A stretch of 64,000 bases of DNA from a virus, in IMG/VR virus record IMGVR_UViG_3300022602_000003, positions 1-64,000 of that record; one strand, written 5' to 3'. Below, piece by piece: positions 19,625 to 28,760 of the stretch; the stretch's first letter is position 1, and each line of letters starts with the position of its first letter. The notes beneath the pieces are model-generated. The model did not search any database. It was not told where the DNA came from and saw nothing but the letters and a program-made list of their open reading frames with translations. The translations under genes and the position numbers were made by a program.

Positions 19625-21439
19625 CTAGGAGTTGGTTCCTGAGGTTCCAGCAACTGACTGCTGAAGACCCTGGATAACACCGTTGTACTGAGGCGCGTAG
19701 TTGACGAGCGCACCGTACATGTAAATGCTGTAGCGGAACGAAGCGTCGATTACTGGCCAGTTGATGCTGAGGTAGTCCTGAACCATGACGTTTTCCCAAA
19801 CGTTGGAGACGTTGCTCCAAGACATTGGGAGGGTGTACGAGTTCAAGAATGCGGTACCCTGAGCGAGGTAAGGGTGAACCACGCAGCGCAAGATGCTACG
19901 AGTGATGGGGTTCTGGATTTCAGAAACCGCAGCACCAGTGCGAACGCCACCGACTTCGTCCTGCGAGAGGAAGAGGCGGTAGTTCGTGTTAGCACCTGAA
20001 GCGATGACTTCGTCAGCCAAGCGTGAGATGTCCGAGCCTTCTGCTACCAATTCAGCAGGGTCAGCGCGGAAACCACCGGTGGTGGACAAGTTACCGTTGG
20101 CATTGGTTGAGCCGTTCCACATTGCTTCAAGAGCAGTGAAGAGGACTTCGTGCGTCAAGGTCGTGTTAACCGACTTGTTGATGTACGAACCAGTAAAGCC
20201 GTTGGGGTAAACTCCAGCGTCAGTGCTTGCGTGGCCGTCGATGATGGACAACCAACCTTCGTAGTCGTTCGACGAGTAAGTACCCGTGTCCGATGCAGGT
20301 GGGTTAGTGCCGCTGGTGGGGACTACACCGCCGAGGGTGAATACAGTAGCACCTACGTTTGAAGCCATGAGCCAGTAGCTCGAAAGCGCTGAAGGAGCAG
20401 AAGCTCCAATAGCAACGTAGATGTTGTACTGGTAAGCACCGCGAACTGGTGAAATCTTAACGTCCACAACCTTACCGTTTGCTGAAGCAGCAACAGCGCC
20501 TGAAGCAGCAGCGATTGTGGTGGTCTCACCGAAGTAGTTCTTCGCAGTAACGAGAACGTACAAGTTGTTCGTGCTCAAGCCAGACAAAGCAGTCTCTGAC
20601 GAAGTCGCGTTGCGGACTGTGACAGTCGGAGCAGCGGGAGCAGCCAAAGCGGAGCTGGTGCCTGAAAGCAAGGTGTACTCTTCACCGAGCATGAACTCCT
20701 GCAACAACACCAAGTTGGCGAGAGCAGAAATGTCCTCGAAGCCCTGACCGGCGAACTGAGCGAGCCATGAAAGCGATTCGCTGAGACCGAAGAACTTGTA
20801 AGGAATGTTCATGTCCGTTGCGGTCTGCGAGCCAGAGGCAGGCAGGTTCAAAGGCCAGTTTCCACCGATGGTCTGACCAGTAGGAATTTCCGAGATGGAA
20901 ATACGCTGGTTACCAAGACCAGTCTGCGAACCGCTAATTGCGGTTACGAGCTTGGCACGGTGTGAAGTACCCTGACCAGCAACGCGGGGAACCTTGTTGC
21001 GCAGTGGTGAGTACACTGGGTAGATGAGTCGCGACGGAGCGACGAGGTCGAATGGTACGAAGCCAGATGAAAGTGGCGAAGAAAGCGTAATGTTCTTACC
21101 GAGTTCGGCAGAAAGAACGCTGTTAAGCTCACCTACAAGGGCGCCGTATCCAGGGTTGTTGCCCTCAGTAAGGAACAATCCAAACTGAGAAGTGAATGCC
21201 GGGTTGATGCTCTTTCGAACCGTGTCAGGGCTAGCGATTGAGTTCTTAACTGAAGTGCGCAATGCGCGCTCAGCCTCGAACGAACGCTTAAAGATTTCGC
21301 CATCGTCGTCGAGTGGCTTGTTGCCACCGACCTTAGCGAAACCAGCACCCTTAACGAGGTTAGGCATACGACCCGAAATCATGTCTGATGCGCCCGAGTA
21401 ACGGGTGGCGTCAGATGCGGTGTCTGTGTTAAAAGCCAG
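19625..21439 (-). CDS. major capsid protein (604 aa); probable CTG start
   Basis: Follows protease/scaffold; strong codon bias; YSPLRNKVPRVAG motif; GGAGTTTT-CTG lies 19 codons upstream of the first ATG. Confidence 0.85.
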   Translation of the reverse strand: MAFNTDTASDATRYSGASDMISGRMPNLVKGAGFAKVGGNKPLDDDGEIFKRSFEAERALRTSVKNSIASPDTVRKSINPAFTSQFGLFLTEGNNPGYGALVGELNSVLSAELGKNITLSSPLSSGFVPFDLVAPSRLIYPVYSPLRNKVPRVAGQGTSHRAKLVTAISGSQTGLGNQRISISEIPTGQTIGGNWPLNLPASGSQTATDMNIPYKFFGLSESLSWLAQFAGQGFEDISALANLVLLQEFMLGEEYTLLSGTSSALAAPAAPTVTVRNATSSETALSGLSTNNLYVLVTAKNYFGETTTIAAASGAVAASANGKVVDVKISPVRGAYQYNIYVAIGASAPSALSSYWLMASNVGATVFTLGGVVPTSGTNPPASDTGTYSSNDYEGWLSIIDGHASTDAGVYPNGFTGSYINKSVNTTLTHEVLFTALEAMWNGSTNANGNLSTTGGFRADPAELVAEGSDISRLADEVIASGANTNYRLFLSQDEVGGVRTGAAVSEIQNPITRSILRCVVHPYLAQGTAFLNSYTLPMSWSNVSNVWENVMVQDYLSINWPVIDASFRYSIYMYGALVNYAPQYNGVIQGLQQSVAGTSGTNS

Positions 21440-21471
21440 AAAACTCCAAAGGTTTTGTGTAGTAGGGGTTA

Positions 21472-23538
21472 CTACTCTTCGGTCTCAAAAGAGACTTTTT
21501 CGAGTAGCGAAGCAAGTTGGCTCTCAGCGCGCATACGTAGTTCTGGGTTACCAGACTTAGTAAGCTCACGGAGATATGTTACTTGCTCCTTAAGACTGTC
21601 CTCGGCTGTCTTGCGGAGTACATCCGCCTGCGTTGCCGACTTTTCAACAGCTCGCTCGAGTACTACCGTACCCCGGACAGGGGCCTTGGCTGGGTCGGGC
21701 TGACTGCCGAGCTTTTCGACATCCGCTTTGACAACGCTTAGAACATCATCGATTGCAGAGAACTTGTCCTGCACGTGCTGTTCAATAAGCGACTTTACAA
21801 TCTCGCTGAGACGGTCAGTGTCAAGAAGTACATCACCTTCAGTGGTGGTGACTGCCTTAACAATTGGCTGGTCTTCAACGATGTTTGCGTTCTTTTCTGC
21901 CTTGGCAACAAGCTTCTGAGCTTTCTTAAGCTTCTTAGCTTGCTTGAGAAGTTTCTTCTCAGCCTTGGTGAGACTTGGTACTGCACCAGCAGCGATGTGC
22001 TGAATGCTTCCGTCGTTGTTCAAAGTTTGAACTCCAGCACCAGAGAAGCCAGCACCGTTGTCGAGTGAACAAATGGTTGGGTAAGCAGAAGCGATGTGGT
22101 CGTGAAGAGCAGTGATTGCGTTCATCGCAACGTCAGCAGTTGCTTCGGCAATACGGTCAGCAGCAGTAGCGTTAGTAGGAACTTGACTACCAGTGTTCTC
22201 AGGCGATGCGCTTTCGCGACCAGCAGTAAGAGGACCACGAGTAAAGTCGTCACCGTCAATCTCGCTGTTTGATACAGGAATTCGAGGAGCAGCGCCAGTT
22301 GAACTTAGTGGAGCGCGACCAGTTCCAATGAAGGTGCGCTGGAATTGTCCAGGTGTGATGCTACCAGGAGTTGGGTGCGCGGTTGGGTAAGCGTCCGAGA
22401 ATGCTTTGTTAATCTCGTTGTGAGCACGAACAATCTCGTCGTCTGACATAGTTGAAAGAGTGGTAGCAGCACCAACTGCCTTCGCCAAAGCAGCAATCTG
22501 CTCGGGCTCGCCGTTCTCAGCAATTGAACTAAGAAGTGAACGAATAACGCCAGGCTCAAGAACAGCCTTGTAGCCGTTCTTCTCAACTGATGGGTGAGCG
22601 GTAGCAATAGTTGTGGCGGAGTACGCCTCACAAATTGCATCGTGAGCGCGACGAATTCCATATGCGACGCCTTCGACGGCTGACTTCTCAACCGTGTCGT
22701 CATCGTCATCGTCATCATCGTCATCGCCATCTCCAGCTACGTGCATTGCGTTGTCTTCAGACTGCGCCTCTTGAGCGTCGTGAATCGCTTCATCAGCGGT
22801 CTCGAGGTCTTCAGTTACTTTTTCGTCAACCTCAGGGACTTTGCCCTTCTCAACTTCAGGCTCAGCAGCCTTGCCCATGCACTTCTCACAACCAGCGCCC
22901 TTGCATACATCGCATTCGCCGCCGACGTTGTCAGCCTTGCTTTTCTCTAGTTCCACGGACTCTTGTCCCTTCTCATCAGATTGACTCTTAACAATTGTAC
23001 CAATTGGAGTCAAAGTTTTTTCTAGTTTCTTAATTTCCGTCTTAGAACGCTTAACGATACTAAACTTTGCAGTAGGCAAAGCGGGGAAGTCTACAATCGA
23101 GACTTCTGAAAAGATACCGTCCGTTACGCGTCCTTGCTTAGCAACTTTGTCGCGAACAATTCGCGGCTTCGAAATGCCAACACTAAAAGCACTGTACACG
23201 CCTTCTTTGACGAGTTTAACAGCGCCTGGTTCCACAATTCGTGCAGTAAGGTAAACTCCTTCTGGGCGAGTTGTGTCTACAGAAATTGCCTTGCCAGCAG
23301 GTGGAAGGTTAGTCGAGTGCATTTGGCGAACATTACCAAAAGTAGCGCCCCACTCTGCTAGACCCTTACGAGAAAAGTCTAGGTCGATGATTTGGTCATC
23401 AAGGTCTACTGTGTCGCTGGTGCAAAGACCAGAGACGATAACGCTACCGTCGTCTTGTACTTCAGCCTTTGTAATAGGAATACCGACGACAACGTCGCCG
23501 CCAGCTTCAATTACTGCTTCATCAAGAATGTGTGCCAG
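21472..23538 (-). CDS. HK97-type prohead protease fused to a scaffold-like region (688 aa); probable CTG start
   Basis: Catalytic motifs VRQMH, AFSVG and EVSIVDFPA; the conserved N-terminus needs 72 codons upstream of the first ATG, beginning at GGAGATTT-CTG. Confidence 0.85.
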   Translation of the reverse strand: MAHILDEAVIEAGGDVVVGIPITKAEVQDDGSVIVSGLCTSDTVDLDDQIIDLDFSRKGLAEWGATFGNVRQMHSTNLPPAGKAISVDTTRPEGVYLTARIVEPGAVKLVKEGVYSAFSVGISKPRIVRDKVAKQGRVTDGIFSEVSIVDFPALPTAKFSIVKRSKTEIKKLEKTLTPIGTIVKSQSDEKGQESVELEKSKADNVGGECDVCKGAGCEKCMGKAAEPEVEKGKVPEVDEKVTEDLETADEAIHDAQEAQSEDNAMHVAGDGDDDDDDDDDDTVEKSAVEGVAYGIRRAHDAICEAYSATTIATAHPSVEKNGYKAVLEPGVIRSLLSSIAENGEPEQIAALAKAVGAATTLSTMSDDEIVRAHNEINKAFSDAYPTAHPTPGSITPGQFQRTFIGTGRAPLSSTGAAPRIPVSNSEIDGDDFTRGPLTAGRESASPENTGSQVPTNATAADRIAEATADVAMNAITALHDHIASAYPTICSLDNGAGFSGAGVQTLNNDGSIQHIAAGAVPSLTKAEKKLLKQAKKLKKAQKLVAKAEKNANIVEDQPIVKAVTTTEGDVLLDTDRLSEIVKSLIEQHVQDKFSAIDDVLSVVKADVEKLGSQPDPAKAPVRGTVVLERAVEKSATQADVLRKTAEDSLKEQVTYLRELTKSGNPELRMRAESQLASLLEKVSFETEE

Positions 23539-23559
23539 AAATCTCCATGTAATCTAAAT

Positions 23560-23574
23560 TGATACTAAGTATCA
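23560..23574. promoter_or_regulatory. palindromic operator candidate upstream of the protease/capsid genes
   Basis: TGATACT-A-AGTATCA perfect inverted repeat in the intergenic gap. Confidence 0.4.
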
Positions 23575-23600
23575 TACACTTGTAAATCATATTACTACAT

Positions 23601-23996
23601 TTATTTGCTAAGTTTTTTAGCAGGTCGCCAGAGCTTCTCAACAGGCTCATCTGCGTCAGAATAAGAGTCTAGCGCGAAGCCACCGTCAATGTCGTCTTCA
23701 ATATCAGGCAGCAGGTAGTCTTCGCCTTCAAAAGTAAATTCTTGTAGTACATTTCTATACTTTTCTGCAACTACTTCGCAAAACGCTGCTGCAATTGAAG
23801 CAGGATTGTAATACGACACCTTAAGAGTTTCCATAAAAGGAAGAATTCCAAGTGGCGGTACTTTTTCTCTCATGATTTCTTTATTTGAAATCTCTTTTGC
23901 AACTTCGTTGTCTGTGCACGAAAAAGCAGAATCATCGCTATAACTACCAACAATTGTTGAGCCGTTATCGAGTTTTGCCGTTATAGTCCAAATCAT
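23601..23996 (-). CDS. acidic hypothetical protein (131 aa)
   Basis: ATGA-coupled to the upstream polyprotein. Confidence 0.65.
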   Translation of the reverse strand: MIWTITAKLDNGSTIVGSYSDDSAFSCTDNEVAKEISNKEIMREKVPPLGILPFMETLKVSYYNPASIAAAFCEVVAEKYRNVLQEFTFEGEDYLLPDIEDDIDGGFALDSYSDADEPVEKLWRPAKKLSK

Positions 23997-26900
23997 GTTT
24001 TTGCGTCCACTAAGCTTAGCATACCTAGAAGAAATGCTCTATAATCTGGGTCTTTATTTACTTCGTATCCAGTTTCTCCTACAAGTCCTTGAATACCACT
24101 TGAACCGACTTCCCAGTGCGAACCTGTCAAAGAACGTGAGTAAATTCGACCGCAATAAGAGCGAGCAAAATTATCTTTATTACCAGGTACTTTGCCGTAT
24201 TCTCGTAAAGTTTCTATTTTCTGGCTAGGAACACGAGTTTTCCAGAATGCTTCTTCAATTTGTCCAACTCTCCAATTAAGAGCTTCCATTCGATGAAAAA
24301 GTTCATGCGTGACTACTGAGATGTTGTCGCGATTAAACGTTGTACCGCCAAAACTTTTTGTTGGAATGTACATTGTTGAACTGTAGATTTCATAGTGAGC
24401 ACTGCCTCTTGTGTTTGACACTTTTAATGTGAAGCCATTTTGTTGCGACCGTTCAAGCCATTGGCTTGGATAGTATTTTTGAGCCGTTGAAAGAAGTTGC
24501 TTGCCAAGATTTGTTAAAGTTTTTGTTCCTTTAACTTCTTTAAGATTGATTTCTTCTCCAGAAGCAAGCCCATATGGTCGAATGCCAGAAAGCACCGCAA
24601 AAATTGAGTCAATTTTGATTTGACGTACTTGGTCAACTTTTTGATTTAACTCATCTATTTTTTGTTGCGCTTTGCTTTGCGAAGCATCTCTATACGTTTG
24701 CATAGTTTCTTGGCTAATTAGATTTTTTCCTAGCTTGCTTGTGTCTCCTTCTTTCACCATCGCCTTTACTTCTGTACCATTAGGAAAACGAAAACCAGAA
24801 CGCTCACTGCTGCTATACTTAATTCCAAGAGATGCAAATTCTTTTTTATTTGCTTGATACAAATCGTATGCGTGCACTTGCGCACCGCTTGGCAAAGTAA
24901 GTGTTTGCATTCTACCGTCATAGTAGTATTTACTTCCTCCGCCTACTAGTTGTTCAAGACCAAAGTTTGATACGGATTGCATGGCGATTGAAGCTGTAGC
25001 GGTGCCGCCAGCACCGTTATTAAGATAAAAATCTTCGCCATCTCTAAATCTAAATGGCAATGAACTTGGTCTAAACAAAAGTCCAATATAGTTACCGGCG
25101 TTGTCAACCAATCCATTCTTAAATGCGTCAATGTCACTTTGCAAAATTGTGCCAGTCGTATCTGGTTCGTAATTACCATTAATCATGGTACTTTTGTACT
25201 CGCCTGCTCCAATTTTTTCAAGAGCATTTGCAAATGCAGACACAACGCCATTATTGAAATTACGTGTGTATTCTTGTATCACATTGTTGAATGCTTCAGA
25301 ACGCTCGTCGTCGTTTTGTCTATCTTCTTCGCGTTTTTCACCGAGCAACTCATATGTCAATGCTTTGATTCGTTCGTCAGTGAAATCTCCAAGACCAGCT
25401 TTTGCAAGTTCTCGTTGGTACACTTCTTGAATTTTTGCATCAATCTTTGCGCCGTATTCTTTTGCGATATCTAGCGCGCTAAACTTAGCATCAGGAAGAC
25501 GACTAGTCAACATGTCGTTAACTTTTTGCGCAAGGTCTGGTCGAGCACTTTTAAGCTCTTCCATTTCTTTTTCCGTGACCACAACGGTTGGCTTATTAGT
25601 TTCTGGTTTGACAGCCTCTACGGGCTTTGTAGACCCTGATGGAGAAACGACAGGGTACGCCTTACTTGCACTGACATCAAACTTTACTTTTGTTCCGTCT
25701 GGTTTTGTGCCACGAACAACATAATAAGTCGAACTTCTCGGGTGAACAACAATCGAGTCCACCGTCACTACGCCATGTCGACCCCACGTGATTGTGTCGC
25801 CAGGTTGAATCTCTCGACCTGGTTTTGTTGCTTGTTCTTCTGAACTGTTTTCTGAAGCGAAACGTCCGTGGTAGTCGCGAGGCTGGTCTTCCGAGTACTT
25901 TAAGAGCGACGCCAAAGAAAACTTTTGCGCACGAGAAAACACTGAAGAGGTTAAATCAACGGAGTTACGAATTTGTGAGCCAAGTATTTGCTCAACAGAA
26001 TTTGCAATCTCGGTGGCATCTTTATTACTCCAACTTGAAGAACTGCTCCAGCCGCGTTCACCAAGCTCTCGACCAATTTTGTCATGATATGCTCGAGACT
26101 CAACTGTGTACTCACTATTTATACTAGCGCCTTCATTTCGAGCTAAACACGCTACAGCATATTGCAACGCCGTTGCTGCTCCTGGAACACGTTGATAAGA
26201 ACCTAGATAACTAATTTCAATCTCAGTGATTCCTTCTTTTCCTTCTTCAAACGAGAATTCACTTGGAGCTAAGCCAATTGCCGCAACTACGTTTCCTTCT
26301 GAGTCTTTTGCAACAAGGCATTCATCGCGGCCATCTAAAGCCCAGACAGCCATTCGTACTCCGCTTTCAAGTGCGAAGTTCCGCTTGCCCTTAACTTCTT
26401 CGTGCAATGCTTTACCTTTTTCAATTGCATCGTTGCGCTCAGCTCCGTCAATAAAACTAACTGTCCCGCCGGCAGCAAGAAAACTTTTTACATGATTAGC
26501 AATGAATTGAATGTGAGGCGAATATTGCTCAATTTCTTTTTCATACGCATTTGACCCGAATCTACCGTGAGCATCGCGAGGTTGTCCTGGACTATACTTT
26601 TGCAAAGTTTTGCCGCGCCAAATTGCTTCGCCTTCAGGAGTTGACCAAAACGGAGATACGGCATCGGGGTCATACTCAGATGCCTCATCTGGCGAAAGAG
26701 ATTTTGTAATAGGGGTAACTTCGCGCGCATTCTCAATAACTCGTGAATATGCTACACTAATTGAGTTGTGAATCTGTGAGCCAAGTATTTTTTCAACTGA
26801 TGAAGCGATTTCTGAGATTTGATTTGGCTTCCATTTTGAGTCAATAAAGTTAACTTGTCTGCCAATTAGTTCATGATATGCTCTAGAGTCTGATGTGCAA

Positions 26901-28489
26901 CTACTGTATAAAGAAAGTTTTTCTCCTAATGCTGAAGAAGCTTGTTCAACTAAAAGTGTAAGTGCGTATTGAAGAGCAGTCGCTGCGCCAGGAACACGTT
27001 GATACGAACCTAAATAGCCAACGCTAACTATTTGTTCAGTTTGAAGTATATTTTTTTCGCCTATAACGCTTATTCCAGCGACAATTTTTCCAGTAGAATC
27101 TCTTGCAACAAGAAGGTCCGTTGAACCTGGATAATTGATTGCTTGGTCACAAGCACTAGTAAGCATGGTGGCGCCAGAAGTAAGTCGTCCAATTTGTTGA
27201 TATTCTTTTGACAGTCCATTTCTTTCTTCATCAGTTGAAGGAAATGACTCATCGGTTATGCTACGAAGTTGTTCTGAAAGACTTTTGCGAATTCGCTGCG
27301 ACTCATCTCTTGTGTCTCGAACTTCAATCGGACTTGTACAAATGCCTACCGTTCCTCCAGCGGCTAAAAAGATTTTTAGTTGTCGAGCGATAAATTCAAT
27401 GTGAGCAGGATAGCGCTCACTTGAATTTGCTTCATCATTTGAGCCAAAGCGACCGTGAGAATCGCGTGGCTGGTCCGGAGAATACTTTTGTACAGGCTCG
27501 TTTGTCCAGATTTCTTGGCCTTCTGGCGTGTCCCAGAATGGCGATACCGCATCTGGGTCGTAAGGTACATCTTTTGCCATTTTTATTACGCCATTGACAA
27601 TTTGCTTAACTTTACTAAACATTGATACGGCGTCTTCTGGAGACCACGAAGAACTTTGCGAATGTGATTCTTTATCGTATTCAGCGACTGTGCGGCCAAT
27701 TGCAATGTGAAAATCTTGTGACGAATAGCCAATTTCACTATCTACTTTAGCGCCATTACCGTCATTTGCTGAAGAAGCGGCGCTTAACAAACTATATTGT
27801 AATGCGGAACCGACACCTGGCATTTCTTGCGTCGAGCCAAGAGCGCCGACTTTTACAACTTGGTATGGCGAGCGTTCGTCATAGTTGATTGCGTAACTTA
27901 CGGCGCCAACAATATTTCCATCTGCGTCACGAGCAACACGAGCCATCTTTATCCAGTTATCACCGTAAGGCAGACCAGTTCCACTTATTGCTTTATTAGT
28001 AGCGTCAATACCGTTTTGTAGACGTTCTGGTCTTTCCCAAGGAGTACCACTATAAAAAGCGTCAAGTCTTTGCTGGTCAATCGCTAATGAAAGATTCTCT
28101 AAACGTTGCATGTCTTGTTGCCACTTTGCATCGCCGTATGATGGCAATGGAAAAAATGAAATTGTACCGCCAGCATCTATAAATGCTTTATACGCATTAG
28201 CAATTCTAGTCGCACCTTTAGAAATGCGTTCTTCTGTTTCTTTGTCGGCACTGCTTGAATCATCAGAAGTCGCAAAGCGACCGTGACTATCACGTGGTTG
28301 GTCAGCGGAGTACTTGTTTATCTTTTTCTTGACCGCTTGACCTTCTGGTGTAGACCAGAACGGGCTAACTTCGTCAGGGTCAAAAGTCTCTTGAGAAACA
28401 CTCTTTGATAAAGAGCGAATAGACTTGTAATTTAAGAAAAGAGAAGCGCCAATCTCTTTACTTTTTTGTTTGTCGAGACTTTGGCTCAG
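23993..28489 (-). CDS. polyprotein (1498 aa): three GNAT-like domains plus an SH3-like/helical/zincin unit, each headed by a KYSxxQPRDxHGRF tag; probable CTG start
   Basis: Hand translation extends the frame 114 codons to AGGAGTTT-CTG and reveals a fourth tag; Q-x-x-P-G-x-[GA]-x-A-L acetyl-CoA-type motif x3; HELFHRME at 24284-24307. Confidence 0.75.
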   Translation of the reverse strand: MSQSLDKQKSKEIGASLFLNYKSIRSLSKSVSQETFDPDEVSPFWSTPEGQAVKKKINKYSADQPRDSHGRFATSDDSSSADKETEERISKGATRIANAYKAFIDAGGTISFFPLPSYGDAKWQQDMQRLENLSLAIDQQRLDAFYSGTPWERPERLQNGIDATNKAISGTGLPYGDNWIKMARVARDADGNIVGAVSYAINYDERSPYQVVKVGALGSTQEMPGVGSALQYSLLSAASSANDGNGAKVDSEIGYSSQDFHIAIGRTVAEYDKESHSQSSSWSPEDAVSMFSKVKQIVNGVIKMAKDVPYDPDAVSPFWDTPEGQEIWTNEPVQKYSPDQPRDSHGRFGSNDEANSSERYPAHIEFIARQLKIFLAAGGTVGICTSPIEVRDTRDESQRIRKSLSEQLRSITDESFPSTDEERNGLSKEYQQIGRLTSGATMLTSACDQAINYPGSTDLLVARDSTGKIVAGISVIGEKNILQTEQIVSVGYLGSYQRVPGAATALQYALTLLVEQASSALGEKLSLYSSCTSDSRAYHELIGRQVNFIDSKWKPNQISEIASSVEKILGSQIHNSISVAYSRVIENAREVTPITKSLSPDEASEYDPDAVSPFWSTPEGEAIWRGKTLQKYSPGQPRDAHGRFGSNAYEKEIEQYSPHIQFIANHVKSFLAAGGTVSFIDGAERNDAIEKGKALHEEVKGKRNFALESGVRMAVWALDGRDECLVAKDSEGNVVAAIGLAPSEFSFEEGKEGITEIEISYLGSYQRVPGAATALQYAVACLARNEGASINSEYTVESRAYHDKIGRELGERGWSSSSSWSNKDATEIANSVEQILGSQIRNSVDLTSSVFSRAQKFSLASLLKYSEDQPRDYHGRFASENSSEEQATKPGREIQPGDTITWGRHGVVTVDSIVVHPRSSTYYVVRGTKPDGTKVKFDVSASKAYPVVSPSGSTKPVEAVKPETNKPTVVVTEKEMEELKSARPDLAQKVNDMLTSRLPDAKFSALDIAKEYGAKIDAKIQEVYQRELAKAGLGDFTDERIKALTYELLGEKREEDRQNDDERSEAFNNVIQEYTRNFNNGVVSAFANALEKIGAGEYKSTMINGNYEPDTTGTILQSDIDAFKNGLVDNAGNYIGLLFRPSSLPFRFRDGEDFYLNNGAGGTATASIAMQSVSNFGLEQLVGGGSKYYYDGRMQTLTLPSGAQVHAYDLYQANKKEFASLGIKYSSSERSGFRFPNGTEVKAMVKEGDTSKLGKNLISQETMQTYRDASQSKAQQKIDELNQKVDQVRQIKIDSIFAVLSGIRPYGLASGEEINLKEVKGTKTLTNLGKQLLSTAQKYYPSQWLERSQQNGFTLKVSNTRGSAHYEIYSSTMYIPTKSFGGTTFNRDNISVVTHELFHRMEALNWRVGQIEEAFWKTRVPSQKIETLREYGKVPGNKDNFARSYCGRIYSRSLTGSHWEVGSSGIQGLVGETGYEVNKDPDYRAFLLGMLSLVDAKT

Positions 28490-28495
28490 AAACTC

Positions 28496-28723
28496 CTATT
28501 CAGAGAATAGAGCGTCAATAGCTTTTTGCACATCTTCTGGGACTTTATCGACAGCGTCCCAATAACCTCGAGCAAGAATCGAGTGGATATTGAATTCTGG
28601 AAATAATGTATCCATATCTGAATCATAAATCTGGGCCTTATCGCTGCCCTCAGGGCCCACTCGTACTAACCAGCGGTCATCCCCTTGCTTGGCGATAATC
28701 TCGTATTGGTCATTTTTTGCCAT
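28496..28723 (-). CDS. small acidic protein (75 aa)
   Basis: ORF between the two polyproteins; TG-A-TAGGAT 6 nt upstream of the ATG. Confidence 0.7.
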   Translation of the reverse strand: MAKNDQYEIIAKQGDDRWLVRVGPEGSDKAQIYDSDMDTLFPEFNIHSILARGYWDAVDKVPEDVQKAIDALFSE

Positions 28724-28760
28724 ATTTGTATCCTATCATCTATTTATTCTATTTGTAAAC

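Noticed and set aside
22698-22730. GAT/GAC trinucleotide run
   Set aside because: It encodes a poly-Asp linker in the protease/scaffold and is ordinary low complexity
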